The translations under genes and the position numbers were made by a program. Positions 28,912 to 39,571 of a stretch of 64,000 bases of DNA are shown piece after piece. Under the pieces are notes generated by a model that saw only the letters and a list, made by a program, of their open reading frames with translations, did not search any database and was not told the DNA's origin. Position 1 is the stretch's first letter. Each line of letters opens with the position of its first letter. This DNA is from an uncultured Clostridia bacterium (GTDB lineage: Bacteria > Acidobacteriota > Blastocatellia > Chloracidobacteriales > JADJPF01): NCBI GenBank assembly GCA_964492845.1, contig CAZBMZ010000001.1:273643-337642 (forward strand), in the 5' to 3' direction.

Positions 28912-30885
28912 CTACATATTTACTCTTAACGCAATAGGATTGTTGGGATCAAGTTCTAATGTACGGCGAAACATTGCACGAGCCTGTGAGGTATGAGAAA
29001 ACTTTTGATAAAACAGCCCAAGCTCAGCACAATATTCAGCATTTCTTGGAGATAGCTCAATAGCTCTTAAATAGGCCGTTTCAGCTTGTCGAATATAAGC
29101 TGGAAGTTTTACCATACTGCGGGCCAAAGCAACTTGATATTCAGCATTATCTGGATCAGCATCAACAGCTTCTAAAAGCATTTGCCGAGCTTTATCAAAA
29201 TGGCGTTTTTGATAAAACTCTAAAGCTACTTCATATTCTTCACTACCTAGTAGACCGGGAATTACTGGCGGTAAAGGACGGGTAGTAGGTAGAGCTTGTT
29301 CTACGGGTGGTGTTACTTTTCCTTCAACAAAATTACCTGTGCCTTTTGCAATAGTAGAAATTGGTTTTAGAGTTATATCATATGCAGAACGGCGGCTATC
29401 ATCGCTTAAGGTATAATAAGCCTCAGCTAAACGCTCAAAAATTGTTTTTAAGTCTGACCTTAAATTTAAGTGATAGCTGGCTAGTTGGTCGTGTCGGTCT
29501 GGGTGAAACTTTTTAGCTAGTTCACGAAATGCTTCTGTAATTTGTAGTTTGCTACTTTTACGCCCTACATCTAGCACAGCGTAATGATCACAAAACCTAA
29601 ATTTTTGTAATAACATTTCTATTTCATAACAAAATTCTGCTGCTGAACGAGCATCAAAATCACTTTGAAGCGGTATAAAATCAAATAACTCTACAAATTT
29701 TGGCACTTCTACAAGTAGTTTTTCTGCTTTGGCAGCAAATGGAACTAACATTCCTGTTTCAATTAAACCTGATAAAGTACGTAACACAATTTCTTCATCT
29801 AGCTGGCTAACTTCGCAAATTTGCTCTATCGACATTGGACGGTCAATTTTTTCTATTACTTTTATTTCATTTGGATTTAAGGTTAAAGCTTGGAAAAGTG
29901 CAGCTAAATCAGAAGTAGGAATTAATATTTGCTCAAAATCACCTAACCATTTTTCTATTAGTTTTCGGTTTTTTAGGTGTCGAATCCCAGCAAAAATTAC
30001 ATCTGCGGTAGAAAGTGAAAGCATTACTTCATTCTCTAGCTTAGCTCCAGGCTCAAAAACAAAATCACCTTCTGCCCATTCAAAAGTTGAGTAAAGTTGC
30101 TTTAAGATATGTTGGACTAACAAAGGTTTTAATTCTTCTGGTTTAAGTAGCCCTAAACTAGTTATAGCAGCAGCAAATCTATTTTTAGACTTGCTCATTA
30201 AATTAGTTATAGCTTCTAGATCTTGTTGGGAAATTTTCCCTTCTTTTACTAACTTTTCCCCTAGTAATTTATCTGGCTCTTTGCTTCCAACATATACAAT
30301 TGAACCATCTATAAAGTAAAAACTAGTAACTAAACCTTCTCTAGTAATGTGTAATGCACCTGTTAATTGTTGCTGATAGAATGCTCTAAGTAGTCTTGGA
30401 ATTGTTGTATTACTTAGCTGACCTTTATATTCAAGAGTAGCATTGTTAGCATTAGATTTATTAATGGATTTCTGAGTTGTTTTTTCAAAAGCTTGCTGTT
30501 GTTCTAAGCTAACTCTAATTAAATAGGGTAGTTGTTCAAAATAGCCTTCTATTTTTGGTAGACAATAACTTGCTCCAACTTGCATTACTTTTAGTAGTAA
30601 ATTTTCATCTATTTCTTCAGCAATAACAATTACTATTATATTACTAGAAATTGCTTTTATATCACGTACTACTTCTATAGAAGTGGCATTAGGTAGTAGA
30701 AAATCTACTATTACAGCCTTGTAATTATTGGTAGCAATTAACTGTTGGGCAGTAGAAAAATTTTCTACTAAATCCAGTATAAAATCTTCTTTTTCTAATT
30801 TGTTCTTGCACTCATCAGCTACAATTTCATCAGCAGTAAAAATTAATACATTAATGTTATTGGCTTGATTAAGCACTTGAGACAT
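28912..30885 (-). CDS. Atypical receiver + DUF4388 + DnaJ J-domain + TPR protein
   Basis: REC-like N-terminus; TGALHI...FEWAEGDFVF (DUF4388); HY.VL.V...KKFHPDR...AY.TLSD...R.AYD; C-terminal TPRs. Confidence 0.82.
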   Translation of the reverse strand: MSQVLNQANNINVLIFTADEIVADECKNKLEKEDFILDLVENFSTAQQLIATNNYKAVIVDFLLPNATSIEVVRDIKAISSNIIVIVIAEEIDENLLLKVMQVGASYCLPKIEGYFEQLPYLIRVSLEQQQAFEKTTQKSINKSNANNATLEYKGQLSNTTIPRLLRAFYQQQLTGALHITREGLVTSFYFIDGSIVYVGSKEPDKLLGEKLVKEGKISQQDLEAITNLMSKSKNRFAAAITSLGLLKPEELKPLLVQHILKQLYSTFEWAEGDFVFEPGAKLENEVMLSLSTADVIFAGIRHLKNRKLIEKWLGDFEQILIPTSDLAALFQALTLNPNEIKVIEKIDRPMSIEQICEVSQLDEEIVLRTLSGLIETGMLVPFAAKAEKLLVEVPKFVELFDFIPLQSDFDARSAAEFCYEIEMLLQKFRFCDHYAVLDVGRKSSKLQITEAFRELAKKFHPDRHDQLASYHLNLRSDLKTIFERLAEAYYTLSDDSRRSAYDITLKPISTIAKGTGNFVEGKVTPPVEQALPTTRPLPPVIPGLLGSEEYEVALEFYQKRHFDKARQMLLEAVDADPDNAEYQVALARSMVKLPAYIRQAETAYLRAIELSPRNAEYCAELGLFYQKFSHTSQARAMFRRTLELDPNNPIALRVNM

Positions 30886-31052
30886 TTTATTTTCCTTAAG
30901 AAAAACTAATAGGTGAGCTAGAGAAAAGCTATTATAACATTAAGTTAATAGTCTGCAATTAAAGTGTGTTAGGTTAAAGCTAAGTTAATTTTATAGAGAT
31001 AATATTATAAGTAAAAAATACAGGTTAAATTATGTTAGTAATTACTTGTTTA

Positions 31053-33431
31053 CTATTTTAACCCTATTTGTTTTAGTAGTTTAATAAATCTTGGTTCATT
31101 TCGTAAACTGTCTAACCTAGGGTCAACATTAAGCAAAGTCATCCAATAAGATCTATCTTGGAAAGCTTTTTCTAGCCAAGTTAAAGCTAGGTTTTTTTTG
31201 CCTAAACCAACATAAATAATTGCTTGATAACTAGCGGCAATATAGCGTTGTTTGGAGAGTTCGTTAAAGTATTTTAGTATTTTTTCTGCTTCTACTGTAT
31301 TTCCTGATATAGCATAAGTATGGGCTAAATCTCTTAAAGTCAAAAGGCTACCTTTAGAAAGCTCTACACCTGTTTGCAAGGCTTTTATTGCTTCATCATA
31401 GCGGCCTTGTTGCTCATAAACAGCACCTAAAAAATAGTAAGTACGGCCAAAGTTGGGTTCCATTTCTAATGTTAAATGGCATTGCTCTAAAGCTTTATCA
31501 TATTGACGGGCCAAATAATACATCCAAGCAACACCGCCATTAATGATTAAAGAAAGAGGATCTAGTTTTTGAGCTATGCTTATTTCTTTTAGGCTTTCTT
31601 CAGTTCGTCCCATTGACATTAAAAAAATTGCATACCAATGATGCGCTACTGGGTAGTTAGGATTATATTTAATTGCAGTTTTTAATTTTGCTTCTGCTCC
31701 TGCCCAATCATAATCATACTGCTCTAAAAGATATGCAAATGAAGTGTGAGCCTCAGCACTTGTTGGATCAAGTTCTAAAGCTTTTATTATCGCGCTACGC
31801 CCTTTTAGAGTGGCATCTTTAGGTGTTAGAACGCCGTAGCTATAAAGCATATTGTAGCAGTCTGCTAGCCCAGAATAAGCAAGCGAATATTTTGGATCAA
31901 GTTCAATTGCTTGCTCAAAATATTCAATAGCCTTTACAAAGTCCTCTTCTGTTCTTTTATTCCAATAAAAACGCCCTCTTAAGTAAAGTTGATAGGCTTC
32001 CATATTAGAAGTAGAACGTTTTTTTAACCCCTGCTTTTCTTTGCTGCTAAGTTTAAGCTTTAATTTCTTTGAAACTTGTTTAGCTATTTCTTCTTGTAAA
32101 GCAAAAATGTCTGTGTTTTTACGGTGATAGTGTTCTCCCCAAAGTTGGGAATTAGAACTAACATCTACTAATTCAACTTGTATTGTTAAATGCTCATTTC
32201 TTTGTAAAACACGTCCTGTTAGTACAGCCCCAATATTAAGTTCTTTTGCTATGGTTTCTAGCTCAATATCTTTATTTTTATAACGAAAAGCTGTAGTTCG
32301 TGCAATTACTCGTAATTTAGGTAGCCTAGACATTATATTAATAATACTTTCTGTGATTCCATCACATAAGTAGTCTAACTTGGCATCCGCATCAGCATTA
32401 ATTAACGGTAAAATAACAAGCGAATCTATAGTTTTAGGCTTTATCTCAATGTCTTCTAATTGTTTTAAGGCTTTGATTATTTCACTAACAGAACTAAAAC
32501 GTTCTTGACGCTCTTTTTTTAAGCAGCAGTTTATGATTTCTTTTAATTCTCTAGGGATTAAAGAATCTAAATTGTTTAATTCAAGCGGATCTTCTTTTAG
32601 GATTGCTATCATAGTTTTAGTTTGATTGTCCCTATAAAAAGGGGTTTCACCTGTTAGCATTTCATAGCAAATTGAGCCAAAAGAAAAAATATCGCTACGT
32701 GTATCAATAGAATCTCCTCGGATTTGCTCAGGAGACATATAAGGTACAGTGCCTAAGATTATACCTGGCGCAGTTTCTACTTCCCAAGCTGATGAGCTAG
32801 GCAAAGGTTTATTTGTTTCAACAGTTAACAAATCATTTTCAGATATATGAAGCGTAACAATAGAAGTAGCTATTGAGCTTTGAGCGTGTTTTATAACAGG
32901 TTGTTTGGCTAATTCTTCTAAAATATTAGGTGTATCAATAGGACTAGAATTACTTTTTTCTGTTCTAGCTAACCCAAAATCCAGAATTTTTAGACCTCCA
33001 TCTACAGTAAGAAAAATATTTTCTGGCTTTAAGTCACGGTGAATTATACCTTTAGAATGTGCTACAAGTAGACCAGATGCAATTGCAGTAGCGATTTCAA
33101 CTAGCTTTTTCCAGGGAAGACCTGTTTTACCAATATAGTCGCGTAAGGTTGTACCTTTAAGCAGTTCCATTACCGCAAAATGTATTCCTTGATCAACTCC
33201 AACATCATAAATAGTCAAAATATTAGGGTGAGAAAGCGACGCTAAAGCGCGAGCCTCTCGTTCAAATCTATTTAGCGATTCTGCATCTTCTGCAAGTGAT
33301 TCAGGCAAAACTTTAATAGCAACTTCTCTACCAAGTCGGCTATCTTCGGCCCGGTAAACTTCACCCATACCGCCAGCACCAAGCTTTGCAATAATCTTGT
33401 AATGATTTAATTTTGTGCCATTTGTGAGCAA
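31053..33431 (-). CDS. Ser/Thr kinase with TolB-N-like domain and TPR repeats
   Basis: GAGGMGEVY, HRDLKPEN, DFG; SLVILPL..N...DY..DGITESII; EAYQLYLRGRFYWNKRT; TPRs. Confidence 0.93.
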   Translation of the reverse strand: MLTNGTKLNHYKIIAKLGAGGMGEVYRAEDSRLGREVAIKVLPESLAEDAESLNRFEREARALASLSHPNILTIYDVGVDQGIHFAVMELLKGTTLRDYIGKTGLPWKKLVEIATAIASGLLVAHSKGIIHRDLKPENIFLTVDGGLKILDFGLARTEKSNSSPIDTPNILEELAKQPVIKHAQSSIATSIVTLHISENDLLTVETNKPLPSSSAWEVETAPGIILGTVPYMSPEQIRGDSIDTRSDIFSFGSICYEMLTGETPFYRDNQTKTMIAILKEDPLELNNLDSLIPRELKEIINCCLKKERQERFSSVSEIIKALKQLEDIEIKPKTIDSLVILPLINADADAKLDYLCDGITESIINIMSRLPKLRVIARTTAFRYKNKDIELETIAKELNIGAVLTGRVLQRNEHLTIQVELVDVSSNSQLWGEHYHRKNTDIFALQEEIAKQVSKKLKLKLSSKEKQGLKKRSTSNMEAYQLYLRGRFYWNKRTEEDFVKAIEYFEQAIELDPKYSLAYSGLADCYNMLYSYGVLTPKDATLKGRSAIIKALELDPTSAEAHTSFAYLLEQYDYDWAGAEAKLKTAIKYNPNYPVAHHWYAIFLMSMGRTEESLKEISIAQKLDPLSLIINGGVAWMYYLARQYDKALEQCHLTLEMEPNFGRTYYFLGAVYEQQGRYDEAIKALQTGVELSKGSLLTLRDLAHTYAISGNTVEAEKILKYFNELSKQRYIAASYQAIIYVGLGKKNLALTWLEKAFQDRSYWMTLLNVDPRLDSLRNEPRFIKLLKQIGLK

Positions 33432-33509
33432 GGTTAAGCTCTATTCTTTGAGGTAAATAATATTTAGAATAGTGTAAAGTTTTTTGATATTTTTCAAAAA
33501 TTTCTTCTA

Positions 33510-33558
33510 GCCCTGAAAGGGCTTTTGATAATAGCCCTGCTATTTATGGCAGGGCTAT
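33510..33558 (+). repeat. REP-like palindromic element B
   Basis: GCCCTGAAAGGGC-TTTTGATAA-TAGCCCTGC-TATTTATG-GCAGGGCTA. Confidence 0.75.
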
Positions 33559-33572
33559 ATTTTGAGTTTTAA

Positions 33573-34421
33573 CTATTCTACAACTATTTTTTGGAAAAAG
33601 CCTTCTGACACCCAATCTTGAAACCACTTAAAGACTTGATTTTGAAGTGCAGCAACATCTTTTTCATGTGAGTTTTCAATTGCACTTACTATGGCTTCTC
33701 CTAAAGGCTTACCAGCGACAATATCACTTAATAAATTATAAGCATCTCGGTTAAGTGGAAGTCTCCAAAGCTTATAGTTACGACGATAGACAGCAACCCA
33801 AGAATCTACTTTTTTAGGTTTAGGCAATTTTTTAGCTTCATCTTGTACAGCTTGTAAATACTGATTAGCATTGTGTTTAAGTGCTAAAAGTCGAAATGCT
33901 GTTATAGGAATTATTTTAGCTGTCTCCCAAACTTCTGGAGCGATAACAGCAATGTCTTCTTTGGTTAAAACAGGGGTTTCTTCTGCATCAAAAACATAAC
34001 TTAAAGCTAGTTCTAGCGATGCTAAATCATAAAGAAAGCCTCGATCTTTTATCTTTGGAGCAGTTTTAATAAAATTTGGGACGTTATAGCTTAGAAAAGA
34101 TAAGTTATAGCTACGTGATGGATGAACTTGTAAGTATTTATCTACAAATTCGGGATAATCATCTTCTCCTAAAAACTCAGCTAAAGCAGGGTAATCTATC
34201 TTTAAGACATCTACTAGCCTGAGAATATACATTGAGCGATAAAGGGCTAGGCGTTCATATTGATTAAGAGTTTTAGAAGGTTTGATAAATTTTAATGCTT
34301 CATCAAAAGGAATTTCTTCTGCCACGTCTTTTGCTTTCATTGCTTGTTTAGCTGTAGCATCAGGATGATACATTATGGCGGCAGACATCCAACGTTGAAA
34401 ACGACCTAAATCTATTTCCAT
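33573..34421 (-). CDS. DUF2063 (MNIO partner, HvfC/BufC-like) protein
   Basis: ERLALYRSMYILRLVDVLKIDYPAL...YLQVHPSRSYNL...DLASLE; directly downstream of DUF692. Confidence 0.85.
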   Translation of the reverse strand: MEIDLGRFQRWMSAAIMYHPDATAKQAMKAKDVAEEIPFDEALKFIKPSKTLNQYERLALYRSMYILRLVDVLKIDYPALAEFLGEDDYPEFVDKYLQVHPSRSYNLSFLSYNVPNFIKTAPKIKDRGFLYDLASLELALSYVFDAEETPVLTKEDIAVIAPEVWETAKIIPITAFRLLALKHNANQYLQAVQDEAKKLPKPKKVDSWVAVYRRNYKLWRLPLNRDAYNLLSDIVAGKPLGEAIVSAIENSHEKDVAALQNQVFKWFQDWVSEGFFQKIVVE

Positions 34422-34425
34422 TAAG

Positions 34426-35277
34426 TTAAGCTCCTACAGTTAACATTTCTGGTTGATGGCGATATGCTTTTGCTTTTAATGCTTCATTATGAACAACTTC
34501 AAATTCTGGAATTTCATCATCCCATTCCATTAAAGTTGCACGTCCGCCAGTATGTTGACAAGATCGCTCATAAAGCTTCCAAACAGGGTCAATTACATAA
34601 TCGCTATGTGTATCAATAATATGTGTACCTTTATTGGTATGACCTGCTAGGTGATATTGCACTATTCTATCAGCAGGAATTGCATCAACATATTCCATTG
34701 GGTCAAAGCTATGATTAAAGGAGCTAACATAAATGTTATTTACATCTAATAAAATTCCACAATCAGCTTCTTTGGCAAGTGTAGCAAGGAAATCCCACTC
34801 GGTGATGTCAGAATTAGTAAATTCAATGTAAGCAGAAGGATTTTCTAGCATTAAAGGACGTTCTAGGATTTCGCTAACTTTGCGGACTCTATCAATTGTA
34901 TATTTTAAGGACTCTTGGTTATAGACCATAGGCAACAAGTCATGAATATTAGTTCCTGCAACGCCTGTCCAACATAAATGATCAGACACCCAAACAGCGC
35001 GAACACGCTCAGCAAGCTGTTTTAATTTCTTTAAGTAGTCAATATCTAAAGGGTCAGTGCTACCAATTGACATTGAAACACCGTGCATAACAATTGGGTA
35101 TTTTTCGGCAATTTGATCCAAGATATACATGGGCTTGCCTTTAGTTTCCATGTAATTTTCTGAAATAATTTCAAACCAATCTATAGCAGGGTTGTTGTCT
35201 AAAATATGGCTATAATGTACAGTGCGAAGCCCAATACCAAAACCTAAGTCGGGTAAATTCCAGCGATTTTTTGACAT
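34426..35277 (-). CDS. DUF692 multinuclear non-heme iron oxidase (MNIO; MbnB/BufB/HvfB family)
   Basis: GIGLR..H, EIISENY, HGVS.SIG, SDHLCW, LENPS, LDVNNIYV, HLAGH, IDTH, EWD. Confidence 0.95.
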   Translation of the reverse strand: MSKNRWNLPDLGFGIGLRTVHYSHILDNNPAIDWFEIISENYMETKGKPMYILDQIAEKYPIVMHGVSMSIGSTDPLDIDYLKKLKQLAERVRAVWVSDHLCWTGVAGTNIHDLLPMVYNQESLKYTIDRVRKVSEILERPLMLENPSAYIEFTNSDITEWDFLATLAKEADCGILLDVNNIYVSSFNHSFDPMEYVDAIPADRIVQYHLAGHTNKGTHIIDTHSDYVIDPVWKLYERSCQHTGGRATLMEWDDEIPEFEVVHNEALKAKAYRHQPEMLTVGA

Positions 35278-35351
35278 AAAATTAAATTCCGTAAAATGAA
35301 TAGTTGATTAAGAAAAACTACCAGTGTTTAGTAGTTTAGAAAATAGCTTAT

Positions 35352-35597
35352 TTATTGATCTTTATCGCTAGTTTTGTCGCTACTTTTTTCTGTAGGATTT
35401 CCACAACTAGTAGTTCCTTTGCAACTAGCTTTACCTTTGCAATTATTCTTTTCTATGGCAGGAGAATTAGAACTTGCACTTTTTGTAGATTTTTTCTTTT
35501 TGCGACGGCGACGGCCTTTAGCCTCAGCATCTGTTCCAGCAACAATACCAGCAACAGCAGCACCTAGCAAAAGTTTAGCAAAGTCTCGACGATTCAT
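35352..35597 (-). CDS. Putative MNIO RiPP precursor with Tat-type signal
   Basis: NRRDFAK + hydrophobic core + AEA; KGRRRRKKKK; CKGKASCKGTTSC; AAGGAG SD; directly upstream of DUF692. Confidence 0.8.
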   Translation of the reverse strand: MNRRDFAKLLLGAAVAGIVAGTDAEAKGRRRRKKKKSTKSASSNSPAIEKNNCKGKASCKGTTSCGNPTEKSSDKTSDKDQ

Positions 35598-35698
35598 AAA
35601 AAGATCTCCTTAAAACCAATATAATAAAGTAAATAACTCTTAATTAAATTTTAATTTGTTTGCTAAATGACAGGCATTTTAGCACCAAGTAATATTAA

Positions 35699-37528
35699 TT
35701 AGCTACTTTTTTTAGCTCCGTTTAGCTTCTCTACACGCTCGCGGACTTCTTGAGGTGTAAAAGCAGGTAAAGAGCAACGCTGATTAGCACAAGCAAAAGC
35801 TGCTGCTTTGTCTAAACTAGGATATTCTACGTCTGGATTAGGTAAATTACCTTCTTTCTTGTCTAACCATTCAATGCGCTTATAGCTTGAAGGATAATTA
35901 AGCGCGGCTTTATACAAAGCTTGTGCATTTGGGTCGTCTTTTGCTCCAACAATTGTTACATGTGCTGGGTCAAGAGACATTTCTAAATTAGCTAGCAAAA
36001 CTCCACCAGGAGGGCGTTTGGTTGCAACATCTTTAATTGCAAGAAATTGCATTCCACGTTCAGCTAATTTTTTATGTTCTTCTTTTCCTGTGTAGTGATG
36101 GAGCAAATTAGCAAAACGCACCATTAAAATATTTTCATCTCGTTGTGGTTTAGGACGAAAACCCCCAGGAATAATATTTGAGCTAGCAAAACCTGGTATA
36201 GAGTTATCTTTGCTAACAAAGTTTTCAACAATAAATTTAGTTGTTTCTTCAGAACGTTCTAGCCATTTACGGTCACTTGTTGCCATATAAAGCTTTAAAA
36301 AAGCATTAGCCATTGCTACATTATCGCCTAAATAAGGGCCAGCCGAGTCTTTTTCATCATGCTTAAAACCTCCGCCTGGCAAATTGCGGTTAGCTATAAC
36401 CCACTCAGTAGCTTTTATAGCGTCCTGTAAATATTTTTCATCTGCACTAGCACTATAAAGTGTAACTAGGGCATTAATTACCCAACCATTTTCCCTTGCA
36501 TAAATATGTTTATCTATGGCTGGAATGCCTTTGCTACGACGTGCTGCATCATCTAGCTTAAAGTAATCTTCGCTATGTTTACCTTTAACTAAATCTGCGT
36601 CTTGGCTAGTATAAAAAGCACCTTCAGGGCTGGTAAGAAAATCTTTAAGATAGCGATGTATGTCTTTTGCCGTTTTTAAGTATTCTTCATTGCCCCATAG
36701 AGTGTAGGCTAGCGCGTAAACACGCATATTTTCTGCCTGCATAGCCATAATTTTTTCAAAATGAGGTTCTTTCCAAGTTCCTCCAGCCGAATATTGATAA
36801 ACTCCTCCCCAAACCGGATCCACTATTTGAAGTTGAGCTTGTAGAGTTTGTTTAGCCATTTGTTCGGCTTCCTTGTCGCCTTGCCTACTAGCAGCAGTCA
36901 TACAATATTCCACACTGTCCCAATCCATATATTTATGGGAAAAACCCCAGCCACCTTGCTCTTTATCATAACCATTTAAGAAAATTTCCTTAGCTTCTTT
37001 TATTACCTCTGGAGCAAGAAAAGGTGATTCATTAGCAGTTAAAACTTTGTCAGGATCAGCCGATGGGCCTGGAGTTGGATCTTTAATAATTGCGTCTAAT
37101 AATGCAGCCATTGGTTTAGGCGGAATATAGCCGCTACGTTTAGCTATTTCCGTTCCATCTGGAGCAAAAAAGATTGTTGCAGGCCAACCATAATCTTCAT
37201 AACGGTTTGAAAGGTCTGGACGGGAATCTTGATCTACACGAACAGCAATAAAGCCTTTAGAAATAAGATCTATAACTTCAGGTTCACTATAAGTAATTTC
37301 CTCCATCACATGGCACCAATGACACCAAACCGCTTCTAAATCTAAAATTACACATTTATTTTCTTTTTTAGCACGTTCAAAAACTTCATCGCTCCATTTT
37401 TCCCATTTAATACCACCTGCTTTATGTTCTGAATGTTCAGTTGTTTTATTTTCTGTTTTATTTTGGGGATTACAAGAAATTCCTACAAAAGAAAAAACTA
37501 ATATCAAAGCTAAAATCAATTGCCGCAT
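35699..37528 (-). CDS. DUF255/YyaL (SSP411-like) thioredoxin-domain lipoprotein
   Basis: VGISC lipobox; WCHWCHVM, RPDL, GWPAT, PHFEK, FYTSQDAD. Confidence 0.88.
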   Translation of the reverse strand: MRQLILALILVFSFVGISCNPQNKTENKTTEHSEHKAGGIKWEKWSDEVFERAKKENKCVILDLEAVWCHWCHVMEEITYSEPEVIDLISKGFIAVRVDQDSRPDLSNRYEDYGWPATIFFAPDGTEIAKRSGYIPPKPMAALLDAIIKDPTPGPSADPDKVLTANESPFLAPEVIKEAKEIFLNGYDKEQGGWGFSHKYMDWDSVEYCMTAASRQGDKEAEQMAKQTLQAQLQIVDPVWGGVYQYSAGGTWKEPHFEKIMAMQAENMRVYALAYTLWGNEEYLKTAKDIHRYLKDFLTSPEGAFYTSQDADLVKGKHSEDYFKLDDAARRSKGIPAIDKHIYARENGWVINALVTLYSASADEKYLQDAIKATEWVIANRNLPGGGFKHDEKDSAGPYLGDNVAMANAFLKLYMATSDRKWLERSEETTKFIVENFVSKDNSIPGFASSNIIPGGFRPKPQRDENILMVRFANLLHHYTGKEEHKKLAERGMQFLAIKDVATKRPPGGVLLANLEMSLDPAHVTIVGAKDDPNAQALYKAALNYPSSYKRIEWLDKKEGNLPNPDVEYPSLDKAAAFACANQRCSLPAFTPQEVRERVEKLNGAKKSS

Positions 37529-37737
37529 ACTTTCTCCTTAGCGCAATTAGTTATATTAAACTAAGTTAAATAATCTAGTAAAAGGGACAAGATAAACTAT
37601 TTTTCTGATTTTGTAATAAGATTATGCCAATTAATAAGCAATTTAGTAAAATTTTATTCCGTAAAATGTTTCTAATTTATTTTTTTCTTGGCGAACGTGC
37701 CAAATGTGAATCCCAAGAAAAATATTGAGTTTAACAA

Positions 37738-39555
37738 ATGTTAGTAAAAGGTCAGGTCATCAATAATCAATATGAACTTGTAGAAGAGCTTGGAGCAGGG
37801 CTTTCTGCTAAAGTATGGCGAGCTAAATTGCTAACAACAGATGACTATTTTGTACTAAAAATTTTTAATCTTTCTCATCCAAAACGTAAACAAGACTTTG
37901 CTAATGAGTGGGAAGTAATGCAGCAGTTCCACCTAAAACAAGACACTTATGTTCATTTTGGTTTTCAAGCTTTTACTGCTTTTGATGATAGTTTAGGAAT
38001 AATTGTTAGCAATTGGGCTAAGTATGGAACATTAGCTGATTTGCTAGAAAATGTTCGCGCGAGTAAAGAGAGTCTTTCTTTACAAGAAACTCAAGAGTTA
38101 ATGCTAAAAATAATTTCTGGTTTAGAAAGTATTCATCAGAAAAAAAATTTATCTGGACAAGATTTAGTTCATCGAGACTTAAAACCTGCAAATATTTTAC
38201 TTAAAGAGAAAACAGAGCCGTTGATTGCTGATTTTGCTATTTCAAGCTGGGTTGATAGCGAGCGAATTACTGAAAATCCAATTGGTGCAATAGAATATAT
38301 GTCCCCCGAAGCATTAGAAGGCCAAGTAAGCCAGATGATAGACATTTGGGCTTGTGGAGCTATCTTTTATGAACTGCTGACAACACAGCAGCTTTATAGT
38401 CGTGTTAAATGGCCTAGTCCGACGTTGCTTATGCGAGAGATCTGCGACTTAAAAAAGGCTGCTCCTATTGAATTTCCTGAAAATATTCCTTTAGAAATAA
38501 AAAATATTATTTCTAAAGCTTTAAGTAAAAATACTAGGAATCGTTACAATTGTGCTTTAGAAATGAAAAAAGCTTTAGCCTTATCAATAGAAAAAAAAAT
38601 AGACATTTTTAACAATGTGCTTGACTTGTCGGCTAGCCAACAATCTACAGATCTTTTAGAAAAGAAAGTAGATAGACCATTATTTAATAAAATTGCTTTA
38701 GCTGTAATATTAGTTGTAAGTTTATTATCTACAGTTACTTATATTTATCTAAATAATTATCCATCAATTGACATTAAGCCTGCTAATTGGATAGCTGCAC
38801 CGCCACCAAAAGATTTAATAACGCCTTATTTGCCGCCAGGTATGATTTTAATTCCTTCAGGAAGATTTTTAATGGGAACAGACATTTTAACGATTTCTGA
38901 TGTTTATGAAAGACCTGAAAGGGAAGTGTCAATCAATGCTTTTTATCTAGATGTAATGGAAGTTACTAATCAACAATTTCAAGCTTTTCTTAAGGCAAAT
39001 GCTAATAATCCATTGCTAAAACGCTGGGAAACTTGGACATTTAAAAAGGAAGAATCAGATTATCCCATTACTAATGTTACATTTAAGGAAGCCGAAGCTT
39101 ATGCTAAATGGTTAGGAAAACGCTTGCCTACAGAGGCAGAATGGGAATATGCTGCACGAGGCAACAATATTGGGACAGTTAAATATTTATATCCTTGGGG
39201 AGATCAGGCTAAAGAAATTTACCGACATGCTAATTCTCAAGAAACAGGCAAAGATCGCCCTAACAAAATTGGGAGTTATCCAACTGGAAAAAGTCCTTTT
39301 GGTGTCTTAGACTTAGCTGGAAATGTAGCGGAATGGACTACAAGTTGTTATCAAAAAAACAATATAAAACCGTTAGAAAATAATAATTGTCCAGATATAG
39401 AAAAAATTTTTCGTGGTGGTAGCTATCATGATAGTTCAAGTTATATACTGACTACGCGCCGGTTTTGGCTAGGTCAACTAAATAGTAGCCAAAGACAAAA
39501 AGAAATACTTAGGACAATTGGATTTCGTTGCGCACAAGATTTTTTATCTAAATAA
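37738..39555 (+). CDS. Ser/Thr kinase-TM-formylglycine-generating-enzyme (SUMF1)-like domain
   Basis: HRDLKPAN, DFA, YMSPE; TM; EVTN, RLPTEAEWEYAARG, GNVAEW, RGGS, GFRCA. Confidence 0.9.
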   Translation: MLVKGQVINNQYELVEELGAGLSAKVWRAKLLTTDDYFVLKIFNLSHPKRKQDFANEWEVMQQFHLKQDTYVHFGFQAFTAFDDSLGIIVSNWAKYGTLADLLENVRASKESLSLQETQELMLKIISGLESIHQKKNLSGQDLVHRDLKPANILLKEKTEPLIADFAISSWVDSERITENPIGAIEYMSPEALEGQVSQMIDIWACGAIFYELLTTQQLYSRVKWPSPTLLMREICDLKKAAPIEFPENIPLEIKNIISKALSKNTRNRYNCALEMKKALALSIEKKIDIFNNVLDLSASQQSTDLLEKKVDRPLFNKIALAVILVVSLLSTVTYIYLNNYPSIDIKPANWIAAPPPKDLITPYLPPGMILIPSGRFLMGTDILTISDVYERPEREVSINAFYLDVMEVTNQQFQAFLKANANNPLLKRWETWTFKKEESDYPITNVTFKEAEAYAKWLGKRLPTEAEWEYAARGNNIGTVKYLYPWGDQAKEIYRHANSQETGKDRPNKIGSYPTGKSPFGVLDLAGNVAEWTTSCYQKNNIKPLENNNCPDIEKIFRGGSYHDSSSYILTTRRFWLGQLNSSQRQKEILRTIGFRCAQDFLSK

Positions 39556-39571
39556 AAACCTAATAGTCATC

